From Candidatus Poribacteria bacterium (GTDB lineage: Bacteria; Poribacteria; WGA-4E; WGA-3G), in contig CAXXLX010000001.1 of assembly GCA_963665235.2 (NCBI GenBank), forward strand, positions 3,808,001 through 3,872,000: DNA of 64,000 nucleotides, written 5' to 3'. The notes beneath the pieces were generated by a model, which was given only the letters and a program-made list of their open reading frames with translations, searched no databases and was not told the origin of the DNA. Positions 9,930-20,814 of the stretch are shown piece by piece. Positions within the stretch are counted from its first letter, which is position 1; the number at the start of each line of letters is the position of its first letter. The position numbers and the translations under genes were made by a program.

Positions 9930-11828
9930 CTATTCGTCAGCAGTTCGTTTCTGAAGGAAATAGATGCTCGCGACTATTACCATAGCCACAAGGAATGCCC
10001 AGATATTATTAATGTAAGCAAGGAGGGCCGCGAGTGCAAGCAGCAACGATTCATACCATCTCGCCTTGCGCATAAAGTAGCCTATCGTTACGATGGAAAA
10101 GATGATAGTGCCGACCCCCGCTGTTACAATAGAGAAGGCGTTTTGGAAAAGTGTTCCGGTAAACAGGATATGCGTATATGCGAACAGAAGGGGCATTATA
10201 TATAGAAGTTTGGCAAACTTAAAGCAGGTCCACCCGGTCTTCCACGGGTCAGCGCGGGCGATGGCAGCACCGGCGTAAGCCCCAAGTGCTACCGGTGGCG
10301 TAATATTGGAATCTTGACTGAGCCAGAAGATGATGAGGTGCGCGGCAATAATCGGTACACCCATATCGGTGTTTGTCAGAATAGGAACAGCTAACTCGGC
10401 GGTAATCAGATAGGCAGCAGTGACGGGTATTCCCATCCCTAAGATTAAAGAGGCGGCGGCGAGAAGCAGAATCGCAATAGCCTTGCTGCCGTTTGCCACG
10501 GATAGAACTAATTCAGGGAAAATCCGTCCTAGGCCAGTCAGGTCAATTACGGCGACGATAATGCCAATAGTGCCAACCGCGCCGCTAATTGCAAGGGAAT
10601 TCTTCGCGCCAGTGACCATTGTTTCCCAGATTCGCTTTGGGGTCAACCGTGTTTCCGGGCGGAAATAGCTGACTGCAATCGTGACAAGAATTGCAAAGAA
10701 TGCGGACTTGTAAGCGGTATATTCTGCGATGAGGAAACCGATAAGGGTGATTACCGGTAGGAGGTAATACCAATCATTTTTGAGGAGTGTAGAGAGCTTC
10801 GGTATCTCTGATGGGGGAATCCGTTCAAGTTGCTGTTTTTTCGCCTCAAAATGGACGATGACCCAAACGGATAAGAAGTAGAGGAGCGCGGGTACAATTG
10901 ATAAGAGGGCAATTTGGGTATACGGCAATCCTGTCCGTTCAGCTATCAGGAATGCGCCGGCTCCCATAACCGGCGGTAGGAATTGTCCGCCGACAGAGGC
11001 GGATGCCTCAACTGCACCTGCTACATGCGGTCGGAAGCCGGTTTTCTTCATCAAAGGAATGGTAAACGCGCCGGTTGTGACGGTGTTAGCGATGGCACTT
11101 CCCGCGACAGAGCCGAAGAAGCCGGAGGTGACAACAGAAACCTTGGCTGCCCCACCAATTGACCTGCCCGCAAGGGACATGGGCAGGTTGATAAAAAACT
11201 GCCCGACACCGGACTTTTCTAAGAACGCACCGAAAAAGATAAAGATGATTACATAGGTCGCCATCACGGAAGCCATGATGCCGAAGATGCCATCCTGACT
11301 ATAAAAGCAGTGTTCAATAATGCGTGGCAATGTGAAGCCGGTGTGTGAAATCGCATCGGGCATCATACGACCGAAAAGCGCGTAGAGAATCCCTGCCGCG
11401 GCGATAACGGATAACCCCCATCCAACTGTGCGCCGGCTGACCTCAAAACTGACGATGAGCCCGATGGCACCCATAACAATATCCAAACGCGTATAGGCAC
11501 CGGCCCGGCTCGCTAAATTCGGATACTCTACAATCCAATAACTGATTGCACATAAGCTCAATCCCACCAGCAACATATCTAAGAGAGAAGGGCGCGAAGT
11601 AGGTGAACTCTTGCGGAATTTATAGAGGATACCGATTAGCACACATGTCAAAATCAGATAGAAGCCGAGGTGGTACTGGTCAGCGGCGGTACCGAAGCCT
11701 GCACTATAGATGTAAAAAGAGACGAGGAACACCGCCCCTATTTCAAAAATCCACTTTGAGAGTCCTTTCAATTCGGTGCGCTGTGTGTTAAAGCTTGTTG
11801 TTTCTTTTGTTTCCGTTTGGGTTTCCAT
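9930..11828 (-). CDS. TRAP transporter fused 4TM/12TM permease (TAXI type)
   Basis: GSAIANTVTTGAFTIPLMKKTG, ASVGGQFLPPVMGAGAF and ITPPVAL motifs. Confidence 0.92.
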   Translation of the reverse strand: METQTETKETTSFNTQRTELKGLSKWIFEIGAVFLVSFYIYSAGFGTAADQYHLGFYLILTCVLIGILYKFRKSSPTSRPSLLDMLLVGLSLCAISYWIVEYPNLASRAGAYTRLDIVMGAIGLIVSFEVSRRTVGWGLSVIAAAGILYALFGRMMPDAISHTGFTLPRIIEHCFYSQDGIFGIMASVMATYVIIFIFFGAFLEKSGVGQFFINLPMSLAGRSIGGAAKVSVVTSGFFGSVAGSAIANTVTTGAFTIPLMKKTGFRPHVAGAVEASASVGGQFLPPVMGAGAFLIAERTGLPYTQIALLSIVPALLYFLSVWVIVHFEAKKQQLERIPPSEIPKLSTLLKNDWYYLLPVITLIGFLIAEYTAYKSAFFAILVTIAVSYFRPETRLTPKRIWETMVTGAKNSLAISGAVGTIGIIVAVIDLTGLGRIFPELVLSVANGSKAIAILLLAAASLILGMGIPVTAAYLITAELAVPILTNTDMGVPIIAAHLIIFWLSQDSNITPPVALGAYAGAAIARADPWKTGWTCFKFAKLLYIMPLLFAYTHILFTGTLFQNAFSIVTAGVGTIIFSIVTIGYFMRKARWYESLLLALAALLAYINNIWAFLVAMVIVASIYFLQKRTADE

Positions 11829-11848
11829 AAAACAGTATTGCAACACTC

Positions 11849-13291
11849 TTAAAAATTGGTTTTAATCCCGAACGTGAGCGATGTTTTGCGAATCGGTTCA
11901 AATCGGGAGCCGCCCGTTTCTGTTTGGACGCGTCGGAATCGGTATTCACGGAGGACAACGGCTTCAACAGGGGGATAGATTTCGTAGCGAATTTCCATGG
12001 TGAATGCCGACTTTTCATCTAGGTCAAAGAGGTCTCCGAAGAAGTCTGTTTCTCCTGCCTCACCGATATCGCGTTTTGTATAGAATGCACGGAACGCAAG
12101 CCGAGGCACTAACCCTGACTCGGTAACGCCTAGATAGAGTTTGGGATGGGTGTTGGTGTAGTCTTCAAGAGTGCCGAGGAAATGTATCTGGGGTACGGGG
12201 TGCCAGATAAGTTGTGAAAAAAAGCCGCGTCTGCTTTCAATGTTTGTTTCCACGCCTAAAAAGTCGGGCGTACCGGGCTCCGGCGATTGCGATTTCGCAG
12301 CTTCATACATATAATCAAAGACAGAGGGGATATATCCATCAGCAAAGATTCGGTATTCTGCCTTGAAAATGGCAGTCGTAAATGCGAATCCGACACCAAG
12401 GGCGTTGCCCCAGGTCAAATCTGTTGTGGCATTCTCATCTCCCTCCGCTGTGTGCTGCTCGGTTTCTGTTTGCGATTCGGGCTCGTCGGAAAAAGGATTT
12501 TGCAAGACAAAATCGTTATAGAGGTCAAGTCGAAACGCGCTACGTTCGAGAATAGGAAATCCGACATCAAATCCGACTGCATGGAACGGTTCTTCCCCAT
12601 CTTCTACCAAATTTGGGTCGATATCGGTGAGATAGGTGGCTCCTACTTCAAACCGTGTTAGCAAATTGTTATTTTCGGGACGTTGAAAGGGTCTATAAAA
12701 CATGCGTCCGCCGAAAATTGTTGGCTCACCGAGATTATTCACCACCGTTTCAAGACCGTACCGGTTGTCAGTCTGTCTGAGATTAAGGCGTAACCCCCGT
12801 CGGTCGTAATTGGAATAGCCGGACATAATTGAGCCGTGTCCGATTGTAAGGTATTCCAATTCACCGAAACGGATGTAGAATGGGTCGTAAGGTCGCCCAT
12901 AGCGGATGTACCGAATTAACCTCAGATAGGTGCTTGGGCTGTCCCATTCTTCACCATCTTCAGCGAGGAATTGCAACTCGTCTTCGGTTGCGTAAGGGTT
13001 GTAGAGGAAGACGAGGTCTAGGCCGATGCCGATTTTTCCGAGGGGTATATCGGGTTGGAGTTGGAGCCGAATGTAGGCATCGCCATCAATGAAGGATAAC
13101 CCGCCGCCATAGAGTCCACTCGTCAGGAAGTTCTCTCCATCGATACCGGTTAAGAGATTAACTTTCTTTACCTCTTCATCCTGGGCAAGGGTGGGTAGGA
13201 CTAGGACAAACATTAAAATTCCGATTATTGCAGCGATGCTGCCGCTTTTCGCGCTCGGGTTTGCAAAAACTGTAATTATTTTTTTCATCAA
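11849..13291 (-). CDS. Exported hypothetical protein, probable outer-membrane beta-barrel
   Basis: Signal peptide, alternating aromatic beta-strand pattern, C-terminal Phe. Confidence 0.65.
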   Translation of the reverse strand: MMKKIITVFANPSAKSGSIAAIIGILMFVLVLPTLAQDEEVKKVNLLTGIDGENFLTSGLYGGGLSFIDGDAYIRLQLQPDIPLGKIGIGLDLVFLYNPYATEDELQFLAEDGEEWDSPSTYLRLIRYIRYGRPYDPFYIRFGELEYLTIGHGSIMSGYSNYDRRGLRLNLRQTDNRYGLETVVNNLGEPTIFGGRMFYRPFQRPENNNLLTRFEVGATYLTDIDPNLVEDGEEPFHAVGFDVGFPILERSAFRLDLYNDFVLQNPFSDEPESQTETEQHTAEGDENATTDLTWGNALGVGFAFTTAIFKAEYRIFADGYIPSVFDYMYEAAKSQSPEPGTPDFLGVETNIESRRGFFSQLIWHPVPQIHFLGTLEDYTNTHPKLYLGVTESGLVPRLAFRAFYTKRDIGEAGETDFFGDLFDLDEKSAFTMEIRYEIYPPVEAVVLREYRFRRVQTETGGSRFEPIRKTSLTFGIKTNF

Positions 13292-13953
13292 TCAATAATT
13301 CCCCCATCTTTCATGTGAATGATACGTTCGGCGTTCTGTTTTAATCCCTCATGGTGTGTTACGATAGCGATAGTGGTTTGATGTTCTTGACGGAGTTCCT
13401 GAATCAGGCTCATCAAGTTGTCGCTTTGTCGGCTATCAAGGTTAGCCGTAGGTTCATCAGCGAAGATAATTTTTGGACGATTTGCAAGGGCGCGCGCAAA
13501 AGAGACACGTTGTTTTTCCCCGCCGGACAGTTGCGCTGGTCGATGGTGCAGACGTTCACTTAAGCCGACCTGTGTGAGCAGCTCTATAGCGCGGTTTTGT
13601 GCTTCGGTTGCATCTGTTTTTGCGATAGCCATAGCAACCATCACGTTTTCAAGTGCGGTGAGATACGGTAAAAGGTGGAACAGCTGAAAAACAAACCCAA
13701 TCTTCTCTCGGCGTACTACGCTAAGGTCCTGATTTTTCGAGATGGCGGTGCCATCAATTCGGAGCTCACCTGCATCCGGGGTTAAAATACAACCGAGTAC
13801 ACTAATCAGTGTCGTTTTTCCGCATCCGCTGTCCCCCATTATCATGACTAATTCGCCTGCTTCGATACGGATATCGACCGAATCGATTGCTAGGACAGCA
13901 GCATCGCCTACCCCAAAACGTTTGGTCAAACCGATTCCTTCTATAATTTCCAT
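13288..13953 (-). CDS. ABC transporter ATP-binding protein (LolD/MacB type)
   Basis: [18 protein letters not shown] and ADEPT motifs. Confidence 0.93.
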   Translation of the reverse strand: MEIIEGIGLTKRFGVGDAAVLAIDSVDIRIEAGELVMIMGDSGCGKTTLISVLGCILTPDAGELRIDGTAISKNQDLSVVRREKIGFVFQLFHLLPYLTALENVMVAMAIAKTDATEAQNRAIELLTQVGLSERLHHRPAQLSGGEKQRVSFARALANRPKIIFADEPTANLDSRQSDNLMSLIQELRQEHQTTIAIVTHHEGLKQNAERIIHMKDGGIID

Positions 13954-13999
13954 AATGCACCCCTTAATTCCATATTTGTCTTTAAGCGGAGGCCGTGAT

Positions 14000-15127
14000 T
14001 TAATTAATTTCACCACGGAACGCTATCATCGGATCGACGTTAATTGCCCTCCGTGCTGCGAAATAACCACACCCACAACAGACGATAAAACTGATGCCCG
14101 CCACAATCGCCGATTCAACAAAATGGATTGCAACGAAGATGGGGGCAGCAGCAGCAAATAGATAGGCAAGGACAAATCCAAGCGTGACACCGACAGCGGA
14201 GATGAGGATGACCTGTTTTAGCAAAAGGGATATCACATAACCGTTTGAAGCCCCGATAGCTTTTAGCACTCCAATTTCTTGTGTCTTTTCGAGCATCGTC
14301 ACATAAGTAATCATCCCGACAAGTAGTCCTGCCGCTAACCAGAGCATGACACGCAAAAATTGTACGGCTTTCATCGGTTCGTCGACATAATACTCCGTGA
14401 TGTCTTTGAGTGTTTGCGCCATGGTTGTCGCTTCAATAACCCCCTCACCTCTTGTACTAAGTGCTGCTGCAACCTCTTCCGGTTCATAATTCGGTTTGAC
14501 TTTAGCAATCATCATGTTGAAACGGGGATATTCTCCTAGCAATACTTGCTGTGCGGTTCGGACATCCATAAAGAGCAGCGGTGTATCCAGAACGAACATG
14601 AGGCTTTTAGTTTTTCCAACGACTCTCAGTGCCTCTTTGCCAATCGTAATCTTCTCGCCAATTTCAAGTCCCATCTTTTCATCAACGACAACTTCAAGCG
14701 GGATGGTGCGGACAATGTTATACCCTTTGCTTTTTTGAAACATCCTTCCCTCTTTTAGCTGCGTGGGGCCGCCGAGTCCTCGCGAACCGACAATAATGGC
14801 TTTGGTCGTTTTCCCTTTAATTATCGGGCGAGCTTGAGCGAAAATCAGTGGGGATGCGGTCTCTGGAGCTAAACCTTCACCGATATAGGTCGGGAGGTAT
14901 TCCTCAATAAGTAGCGAAAATCCGATAAACGCACCGCCTGAACCGTCAGCGGATACCCATATTTCCGCCCCGGTTGATTCTATATACTGTCGTGCTTGTA
15001 TACGCATACCGTTCATAATGCCGCCTAACAGCAGAATAAGTGAAATCAAGAGGGTGATTCCTATTGCTGTTAGGATAACCCTTGCTTGACGATACCGCAT
15101 GTCTTTGAGAAAAAGCGTTTGAATCAT
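14000..15127 (-). CDS. ABC transporter permease (FtsX/MacB type)
   Basis: EKTQEIGVLKAIGA motif; one N-terminal and three C-terminal TM helices. Confidence 0.92.
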   Translation of the reverse strand: MIQTLFLKDMRYRQARVILTAIGITLLISLILLLGGIMNGMRIQARQYIESTGAEIWVSADGSGGAFIGFSLLIEEYLPTYIGEGLAPETASPLIFAQARPIIKGKTTKAIIVGSRGLGGPTQLKEGRMFQKSKGYNIVRTIPLEVVVDEKMGLEIGEKITIGKEALRVVGKTKSLMFVLDTPLLFMDVRTAQQVLLGEYPRFNMMIAKVKPNYEPEEVAAALSTRGEGVIEATTMAQTLKDITEYYVDEPMKAVQFLRVMLWLAAGLLVGMITYVTMLEKTQEIGVLKAIGASNGYVISLLLKQVILISAVGVTLGFVLAYLFAAAAPIFVAIHFVESAIVAGISFIVCCGCGYFAARRAINVDPMIAFRGEIN

Positions 15128-15171
15128 GGGGGCCTCCGCTTGCCAAGAGCTATTTGCTTTTTTGCTAATGG

Positions 15172-16071
15172 CTAATTTGCTATTGTAAACTTTTCGGGCA
15201 TTGTTTTCCGTTTTCGTCTGTGCAGTTGGACGTGCGCCAAGTACGCGCCATCATCTGCGTCGGTACCGGTGTCCCGGTCTAAAAAGAGCGGAAAATCGGA
15301 TGCGGGTGGTTTTGCGTTGTGATAGGCGTGTCCATAACTCCGCATAATGATGCGCTGTTCGCGGTTGAGCGTCTCTAACCACTCCGATGAGGAATGAAAC
15401 CGATCGGCGGGTGTTAACCACGATGGACAATACGCAACGAAGATGTTGTAGCGTACGATGTCGCTTTCGTTCGGCTCCACACGGTGCCAAATACTGGAGT
15501 GCATCACTGTCATTGTCCCTTTACGTGGACAGACGACCCTTTCTCCCGGAATACTTTTGTGCGTATCGTAGCCATCCATATACTGTTGTCGGTGACTCCC
15601 GGGGAGGACAACGAGGTTGCCCATCTTCTCACGAGGGAGGTCTGTCAACCAATATCCAATTTTGATTTGCAACGGCAATTTATCCGAAAACACGCCGTAA
15701 GGCAGTGCTCGCGCACCGTCCGGATGCCACTGATTGTACTGTTTGCCACCGGGCGGTCTCAGAAAAAATTGACTCTGATGCAGTTTAAGGAGTTCTCCGA
15801 AGAGGTCGTAGGCGAAACCGACATGTCGTTCGTGGTCGATTAATCCTGTAAAAACAGGGTCGCGTTCTACGATATTCTCCATGCCTATATAGCCGCCGGG
15901 TGTATACTTTGGATTGCGCGCAGCGACGCGGTCGATTGCATCGATATAGGTCTGTACGTCTTCATCGGAGATAGCGTCTTCAATGAAGATGATGCCCTCT
16001 TCGTTGAACGTTTTCCACTGCTCCGGTGTGAATCCGGGGGGTGCTATGCGATACTTCTGTGCGGTTTCCAT
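15172..16071 (-). CDS. PhyH family dioxygenase
   Basis: WHPD, GNLVVLPGSH and IWHR motifs. Confidence 0.9.
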   Translation of the reverse strand: METAQKYRIAPPGFTPEQWKTFNEEGIIFIEDAISDEDVQTYIDAIDRVAARNPKYTPGGYIGMENIVERDPVFTGLIDHERHVGFAYDLFGELLKLHQSQFFLRPPGGKQYNQWHPDGARALPYGVFSDKLPLQIKIGYWLTDLPREKMGNLVVLPGSHRQQYMDGYDTHKSIPGERVVCPRKGTMTVMHSSIWHRVEPNESDIVRYNIFVAYCPSWLTPADRFHSSSEWLETLNREQRIIMRSYGHAYHNAKPPASDFPLFLDRDTGTDADDGAYLAHVQLHRRKRKTMPEKFTIAN

Positions 16072-16115
16072 CGAGCAACTCCTTATACGAAATATCGTTA
16101 ACTTATGTTCGCTGC

Positions 16116-16433
16116 TTAGTCCGAGTCGCGTTCACGTTCGCGTGCCCGTTGCCGGTCGCGTGAATATTTCATTGTCCAGTACGTAAATTTCCGCAGCGCA
16201 ACCATTAACAGCAAGATCATCAGGTTTATCCAAAACGTATCATCAATGACCTGATTAAAACGTTCCAGGCCATGGAGTTCAGGGTCTGTTGCGCGCCAAG
16301 CCCTGACATAGCAGTAGGTAGCAATTGCAAGCGGAATCAGGATAATCCAAACAGCGACTATCCCCTCTATTACGACTAATGTCAACTCAGCGGCGTGTCC
16401 TAACAACCTCCGCAGTCTATTAAATTTATTCAC
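16116..16433 (-). CDS. Small two-TM membrane protein
   Basis: AGGAGG RBS, GTG start, two hydrophobic segments. Confidence 0.7.
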   Translation of the reverse strand: MNKFNRLRRLLGHAAELTLVVIEGIVAVWIILIPLAIATYCYVRAWRATDPELHGLERFNQVIDDTFWINLMILLLMVALRKFTYWTMKYSRDRQRARERERDSD

Positions 16434-16553
16434 ATCAAACCTCCTAATTTAATCTCAGTGGAGGAACAGGAAAAGCGCCGGCGTATTCCTCAAGATGCGT
16501 TGTAGGGAACAAAGGCACGAAACCTTCACCCTACAACACTTAGGCTACCTGTT

Positions 16554-18347
16554 TTATTGCTTCTCACGTAAACGTGCTTCTAGGTCTGCCAATTCATCGG
16601 ATAACGCTGCTGGCAATCTGTCACCAAAACGTTCGTAATGCTCTCGAATCAACGCAATTTCGTTGAGCCATTCTTCAACATTAACGGTCAGAAGTTCTTC
16701 CATCTGCGCTTCGGTTACGTCGACGCCGGTAGTGTCAATTGCGCCGGGGGCAGGTAGGTATCCGATGGGGGTTTCGACTGCCTCACTCTGTCCGGCGACG
16801 CGTTCAACGATCCATTTGAGGACACGGCTATTTTCACCGAAACCTGGCCAGAGCCATCCGCCATCAGCATCCTTACGGAACCAATTGACGTAGAAAATTT
16901 TCGGCAGTTTATCAGCATCGGTACTTTCTCCCATCTCCAACCAGTGTGTGAAGTAGTCGCCCATGTTATAGCCGCAGAAGGGGAGCATGGCCATGGGGTC
17001 TCGGCGGAGTTCCCCGACGGTGCCAGCAGCAGCGGCGGTGCGTTCGGAGGAGGCGATGGAACCGATAAAGGTGCCGTGTTGCCAATTAAACGCCTCAAAT
17101 ACAAGCGGTACCGTATTAGCACGTCGCCCGCCGAAGAGAATGGCTGAAATAGGTACGCCGTTCGGGTTTTCCCAGTTCGGGTCAATGATAGGACATTGTG
17201 ATGCGGGGGTCGTATATCGTGCGTTCGGGTGTGCGGCTGTTTTTTCGTCTCCGGGGTGCCACTCTTCACCGAGCCAGCTTGTGACGGTTTCCGGGGGCTC
17301 TTCACTCATATCTTCCCACCAGACATCGGTATCCGGTGTGAGCGCAGCGTTCGTGAAGATAGAGTTTGATTCGAGGGTGTACATTGCATTCGGATTGGTC
17401 TCCATAGAGGTGCCGGGGGCAACGCCGAAGAAACCGGCTTCCGGGTTTATGGCGTAGAGCCGTCCATCTTCACCGAATTTCATCCAGGCGATATCATCGC
17501 CGATGGTTTCCGCTTTCCAGCCGGGCATTGTGGGGGTTAGCATAGCGAGGTTGGTTTTTCCACAAGCACTCGGGAACGCTGCGGCGATGTATGTCTTTTC
17601 ACCTTCCGGATTGGTTAATCCCAAGATGAGCATGTGTTCCGCCATCCATCCATCGTTTTTCGCCATAATTGAGGCGATACGGAGTGCATAGCATTTCTTG
17701 CCGAGCAATGCGTTTCCACCGTAACCACTTCCGTAGGACCAGATGGAGCGTTCTTCCGGAAAATGGACGATGTATTTGTTATCCGGGTCACACGGCCAGA
17801 TGACATCGGTTTGTCTGGGTTCCAGCGGCATTCCGACGGAGTGTAAGCACGGTACGAAATCGCCATCCTCGCCGAGGATATCTAACACGTCGCTGCCCAT
17901 ACGGGTCATAATTCGCATATTGACGACAACGTAAGGCGAGTCGCTGATTTCAACGCCGATATGCGAGATAGGTGAACCGAGGGGGCCCATGCTGAAAGGT
18001 ATGACGTACATGGTTCTGCCTTTCATACATCCCTGGAAGAGCCCCTTTAAGGTAGTTTTCATTTCATCAGGGTCATGCCAATTGTTTGTTGGTCCTGCTT
18101 CAATTGGGGTTTTGGAACAGATGAAGGTGCGGCCTTCAACACGTGCCACATCTGCGGAATCGGAACGCGCGAGGTAGCTGCCCGGGCGTTTCTCTGGGTC
18201 TAATCGTACAAAGGTCCCTTTTTGGACTAATTCCTCACACAATCGGTCGTTTTCTTCTTGAGAACCGTTGCACCAATATATGTCATTGGGTTCGCAAAGT
18301 TTTGCTGTTTCTTCGACCCAACTGAGTAATTTTTTGTTGTTTGTCAT
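16554..18347 (-). CDS. pckG: Phosphoenolpyruvate carboxykinase (GTP)
   Basis: [20 protein letters not shown] and [14 protein letters not shown] motifs. Confidence 0.97.
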   Translation of the reverse strand: MTNNKKLLSWVEETAKLCEPNDIYWCNGSQEENDRLCEELVQKGTFVRLDPEKRPGSYLARSDSADVARVEGRTFICSKTPIEAGPTNNWHDPDEMKTTLKGLFQGCMKGRTMYVIPFSMGPLGSPISHIGVEISDSPYVVVNMRIMTRMGSDVLDILGEDGDFVPCLHSVGMPLEPRQTDVIWPCDPDNKYIVHFPEERSIWSYGSGYGGNALLGKKCYALRIASIMAKNDGWMAEHMLILGLTNPEGEKTYIAAAFPSACGKTNLAMLTPTMPGWKAETIGDDIAWMKFGEDGRLYAINPEAGFFGVAPGTSMETNPNAMYTLESNSIFTNAALTPDTDVWWEDMSEEPPETVTSWLGEEWHPGDEKTAAHPNARYTTPASQCPIIDPNWENPNGVPISAILFGGRRANTVPLVFEAFNWQHGTFIGSIASSERTAAAAGTVGELRRDPMAMLPFCGYNMGDYFTHWLEMGESTDADKLPKIFYVNWFRKDADGGWLWPGFGENSRVLKWIVERVAGQSEAVETPIGYLPAPGAIDTTGVDVTEAQMEELLTVNVEEWLNEIALIREHYERFGDRLPAALSDELADLEARLREKQ

Positions 18348-18424
18348 GCGACAAATCTCCTTCCTAGTTTCATATATCTATATTACCACAAGATTGTAAA
18401 ATTTTGCAAATCAAAAGTGATGCT

Positions 18425-19002
18425 GGGTGTGTAAAGTTTTTGTACAAAACCGGTGCATAAGTTACACTTTTGACACAAAGTGTAACTTATGGTTTTGTGT
18501 ATTGCATGTGTGTGAACGCACGCCCAGTCTATGTTTATAAGCGGTTTTGACCTCTCTCTTTCGCAACACAAAAAAAACGCGTTGTGTCATTTCGACCGCC
18601 GATTTCGGGTATCAGTTCTGCGGAGTTTTCTTGTCGTTCTGCCTCCTACTTTTTTGTGCGGTTCCGGTGCATAAGTTACACTTTTTGACACAAACGCCAT
18701 CGGTGTCCAATCCGGTGAGTTGCAAAACGCACCGCTTGCCTCCCCAAAATGTTTTGGGGTGCTGTTATATTATACCATTTTTATTAATTATTCTATCATT
18801 ACCGGTTGTTAGAAATCAAACGGAAGAACGTTTATGCTACAATAAAGAGCACAAACTGGAAGTTTATGCTACAATAAAGAGCACAAACTGGAAGTTTATG
18901 CTACAATAAAGAGACATTTTCAATTAGAAATGGTATTAGTTGCGAACTGTTCTATTTTTCTTCATAAAAAATATCGCAGACGTACAAAAACTTTACACAC
19001 CC
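18425..19002. mobile_element. MITE family A (IS256-like ends), copy 1, containing a nested family B MITE
   Basis: 21-bp TIR GGGTGTGTAAAGTTTTTGTAC / GTACAAAAACTTTACACACCC; imperfect TSD GTGATG-CT / GTGATGTCT. Confidence 0.8.
18773..18935. mobile_element. MITE family B, copy 1 (about 2.5 REP units)
   Basis: Ends TACCATTT...AAATGGTA with TTA on both sides; near-identical to the copies at 32070 and 51947. Confidence 0.85.
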
Positions 19003-19233
19003 GTGATGTCTGCCTCCTACTTTTTGAGACGGGTCCGGTGCATAAGTTACACTTTTTTCCGGTCGAACAATTCCCTACTTTGATTCAAATCACTTTTGGC
19101 GGATAACCGAACGCTCCTATTCCTAAAGCTTGTCTCCTTTGAAACGATGAGATAGTCGTTATCACAAGTGTAATCCCATAACTCGGTATCCGTTGCCGTA
19201 TTTAATCCTATCGTTTTGACCTGGGTAGAATTA

Positions 19234-19806
19234 ACCCAAGTTACGACTTGTGCCAGTTAACGAATTGTTTTTGTTGTTTTCACAAATATTTGACATTCAT
19301 ATAAAGATATCGTCCCTATGGGACTAAGAGTTGGGCGTTAGCGGACCTTCTATAAATATATCGTCCCTACGGGACTAAGGCCGACTTATCGCCCAATATT
19401 CGGGCAAACAGACCGTTCCTCATACTAGGGGAAAACTCTTTTCAAACTCACGTTTGTGTGAGAAACTGTCAGAAAAATCAGAGACGCTTAGCAAATCCGG
19501 TATCAGGTTCACAGGACTTTTCCAAACTATAGCGATTTAAAAAGACTTCGGTAAACCAGACCCTGAAGTTATTTTTATTGATGAAATCTTTGAACATCAC
19601 GGATCAATGGGTTGTATTCAGGACATATAGATTCAACTCAAACTCAGATAATTGGCGAGGGTATTGACTTATAAGTTTTTAGACCTGGAAACACCGTCTT
19701 TAATGAAAATATGCTGATAATTAGCTAATATTTGTCCCGTTCACTTCCAATTCGCACACAAATACGCACAATCTGGAAGATTATGCTACTATGTGGCAAC
19801 TTAGGT
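19234..19806. mobile_element. MITE family C (IS982-like ends) containing a REP doublet
   Basis: Ends ACCCAAGTT...AACTTAGGT; perfect 9-bp TSD GTAGAATTA (19225-19233 and 19807-19815). Confidence 0.78.
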
Positions 19807-19812
19807 GTAGAA

Positions 19813-20598
19813 TTAGGAAACAGGTCCGCCAGGAGCGTTATCCGTGATTACCGTTAAATCGCGCATTCTCTCAAGGGCAAAGACACGAGTGGCCTGACGT
19901 AACTCACAAAATCCCTCAACACACAACGTCTCCCCAGATTCCCGGCTGTTCGGAATATTAAAGAGTCTCTCCGGTATAACCACACGCGTTCTATAGTTTT
20001 TGACACTCGGCTTTTTATAGTCAAAACGAATCTTCCGGTCGTTATCAATAGCATCCTGAATCTCTGTGACCTGTTCTGCAAACTCGGCTTGTGAGGGTTT
20101 TAGTTTGAATGTGCTGGCAGTATTTGCCGCCCCGTGGATTTCTACATGACACGGTGAACAAATCAGTTGCAAGTTGTCTAACTCGTTAGTCCCATCTTCA
20201 AACAGGGAATATTTATGAACTAAATAGAGCACCCCTTCATTGCCACATTCCGAACAGATTGCCCCATCTTGCTGGATCAGCTGCTGTTTTCTCTGTTCCC
20301 AATCGGGTGGGTACCCCCTAAATCGGTCATAGATAGCGGTCAATTCTGATATGACCCTACCCAATTCGGTGGTTAGACTTTTTCGTTCTATTTCATTCAG
20401 CACTTCAGTCTTTTCAGGGTTGAATGGAACAAATAACGACAAAATCAGCTGTGATTTCTGCACTCGTAGGATGGATTCAAGTTCATCTTTCCGCATTTGC
20501 AATGTGAGCAGACAAGGTTCGTGGAGAAAACGTCCATCGGAGAGCTCGATATCGTACTCGTAGTCGGCATAAGTTCTACATACGCTACAATAAGGCAT
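19813..20598 (-). CDS. HNH endonuclease-WYL domain fusion protein with N-terminal Cys/His motif
   Basis: CSECG...VHK...GTNELDNLQLICSPCHVEIH (HNH); IRFDYKKP...TRVVIPERL...EGFCELRQATRVFALERM (WYL); AAGGAG RBS. Confidence 0.82.
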   Translation of the reverse strand: MPYCSVCRTYADYEYDIELSDGRFLHEPCLLTLQMRKDELESILRVQKSQLILSLFVPFNPEKTEVLNEIERKSLTTELGRVISELTAIYDRFRGYPPDWEQRKQQLIQQDGAICSECGNEGVLYLVHKYSLFEDGTNELDNLQLICSPCHVEIHGAANTASTFKLKPSQAEFAEQVTEIQDAIDNDRKIRFDYKKPSVKNYRTRVVIPERLFNIPNSRESGETLCVEGFCELRQATRVFALERMRDLTVITDNAPGGPVS

Positions 20599-20814
20599 TT
20601 TGTAGTCTCCTTTTCAGTAGGGTTGCTGATGACGTTCATCAATTGATTATATTCGGGTTGTCTGTTTCCTTAGGAGGTGCGGTGCGTAGGGGCGGGGTTT
20701 TCCCGCCCGATTTGAAAACCGTGTTTGAGGAACGGGATTGTAACCCGAATACTGATGTTCGCAGGCGTACTCTGATTAAATCATCAAAATCTTCGGATTG
20801 GAAACCCCCAGCAT

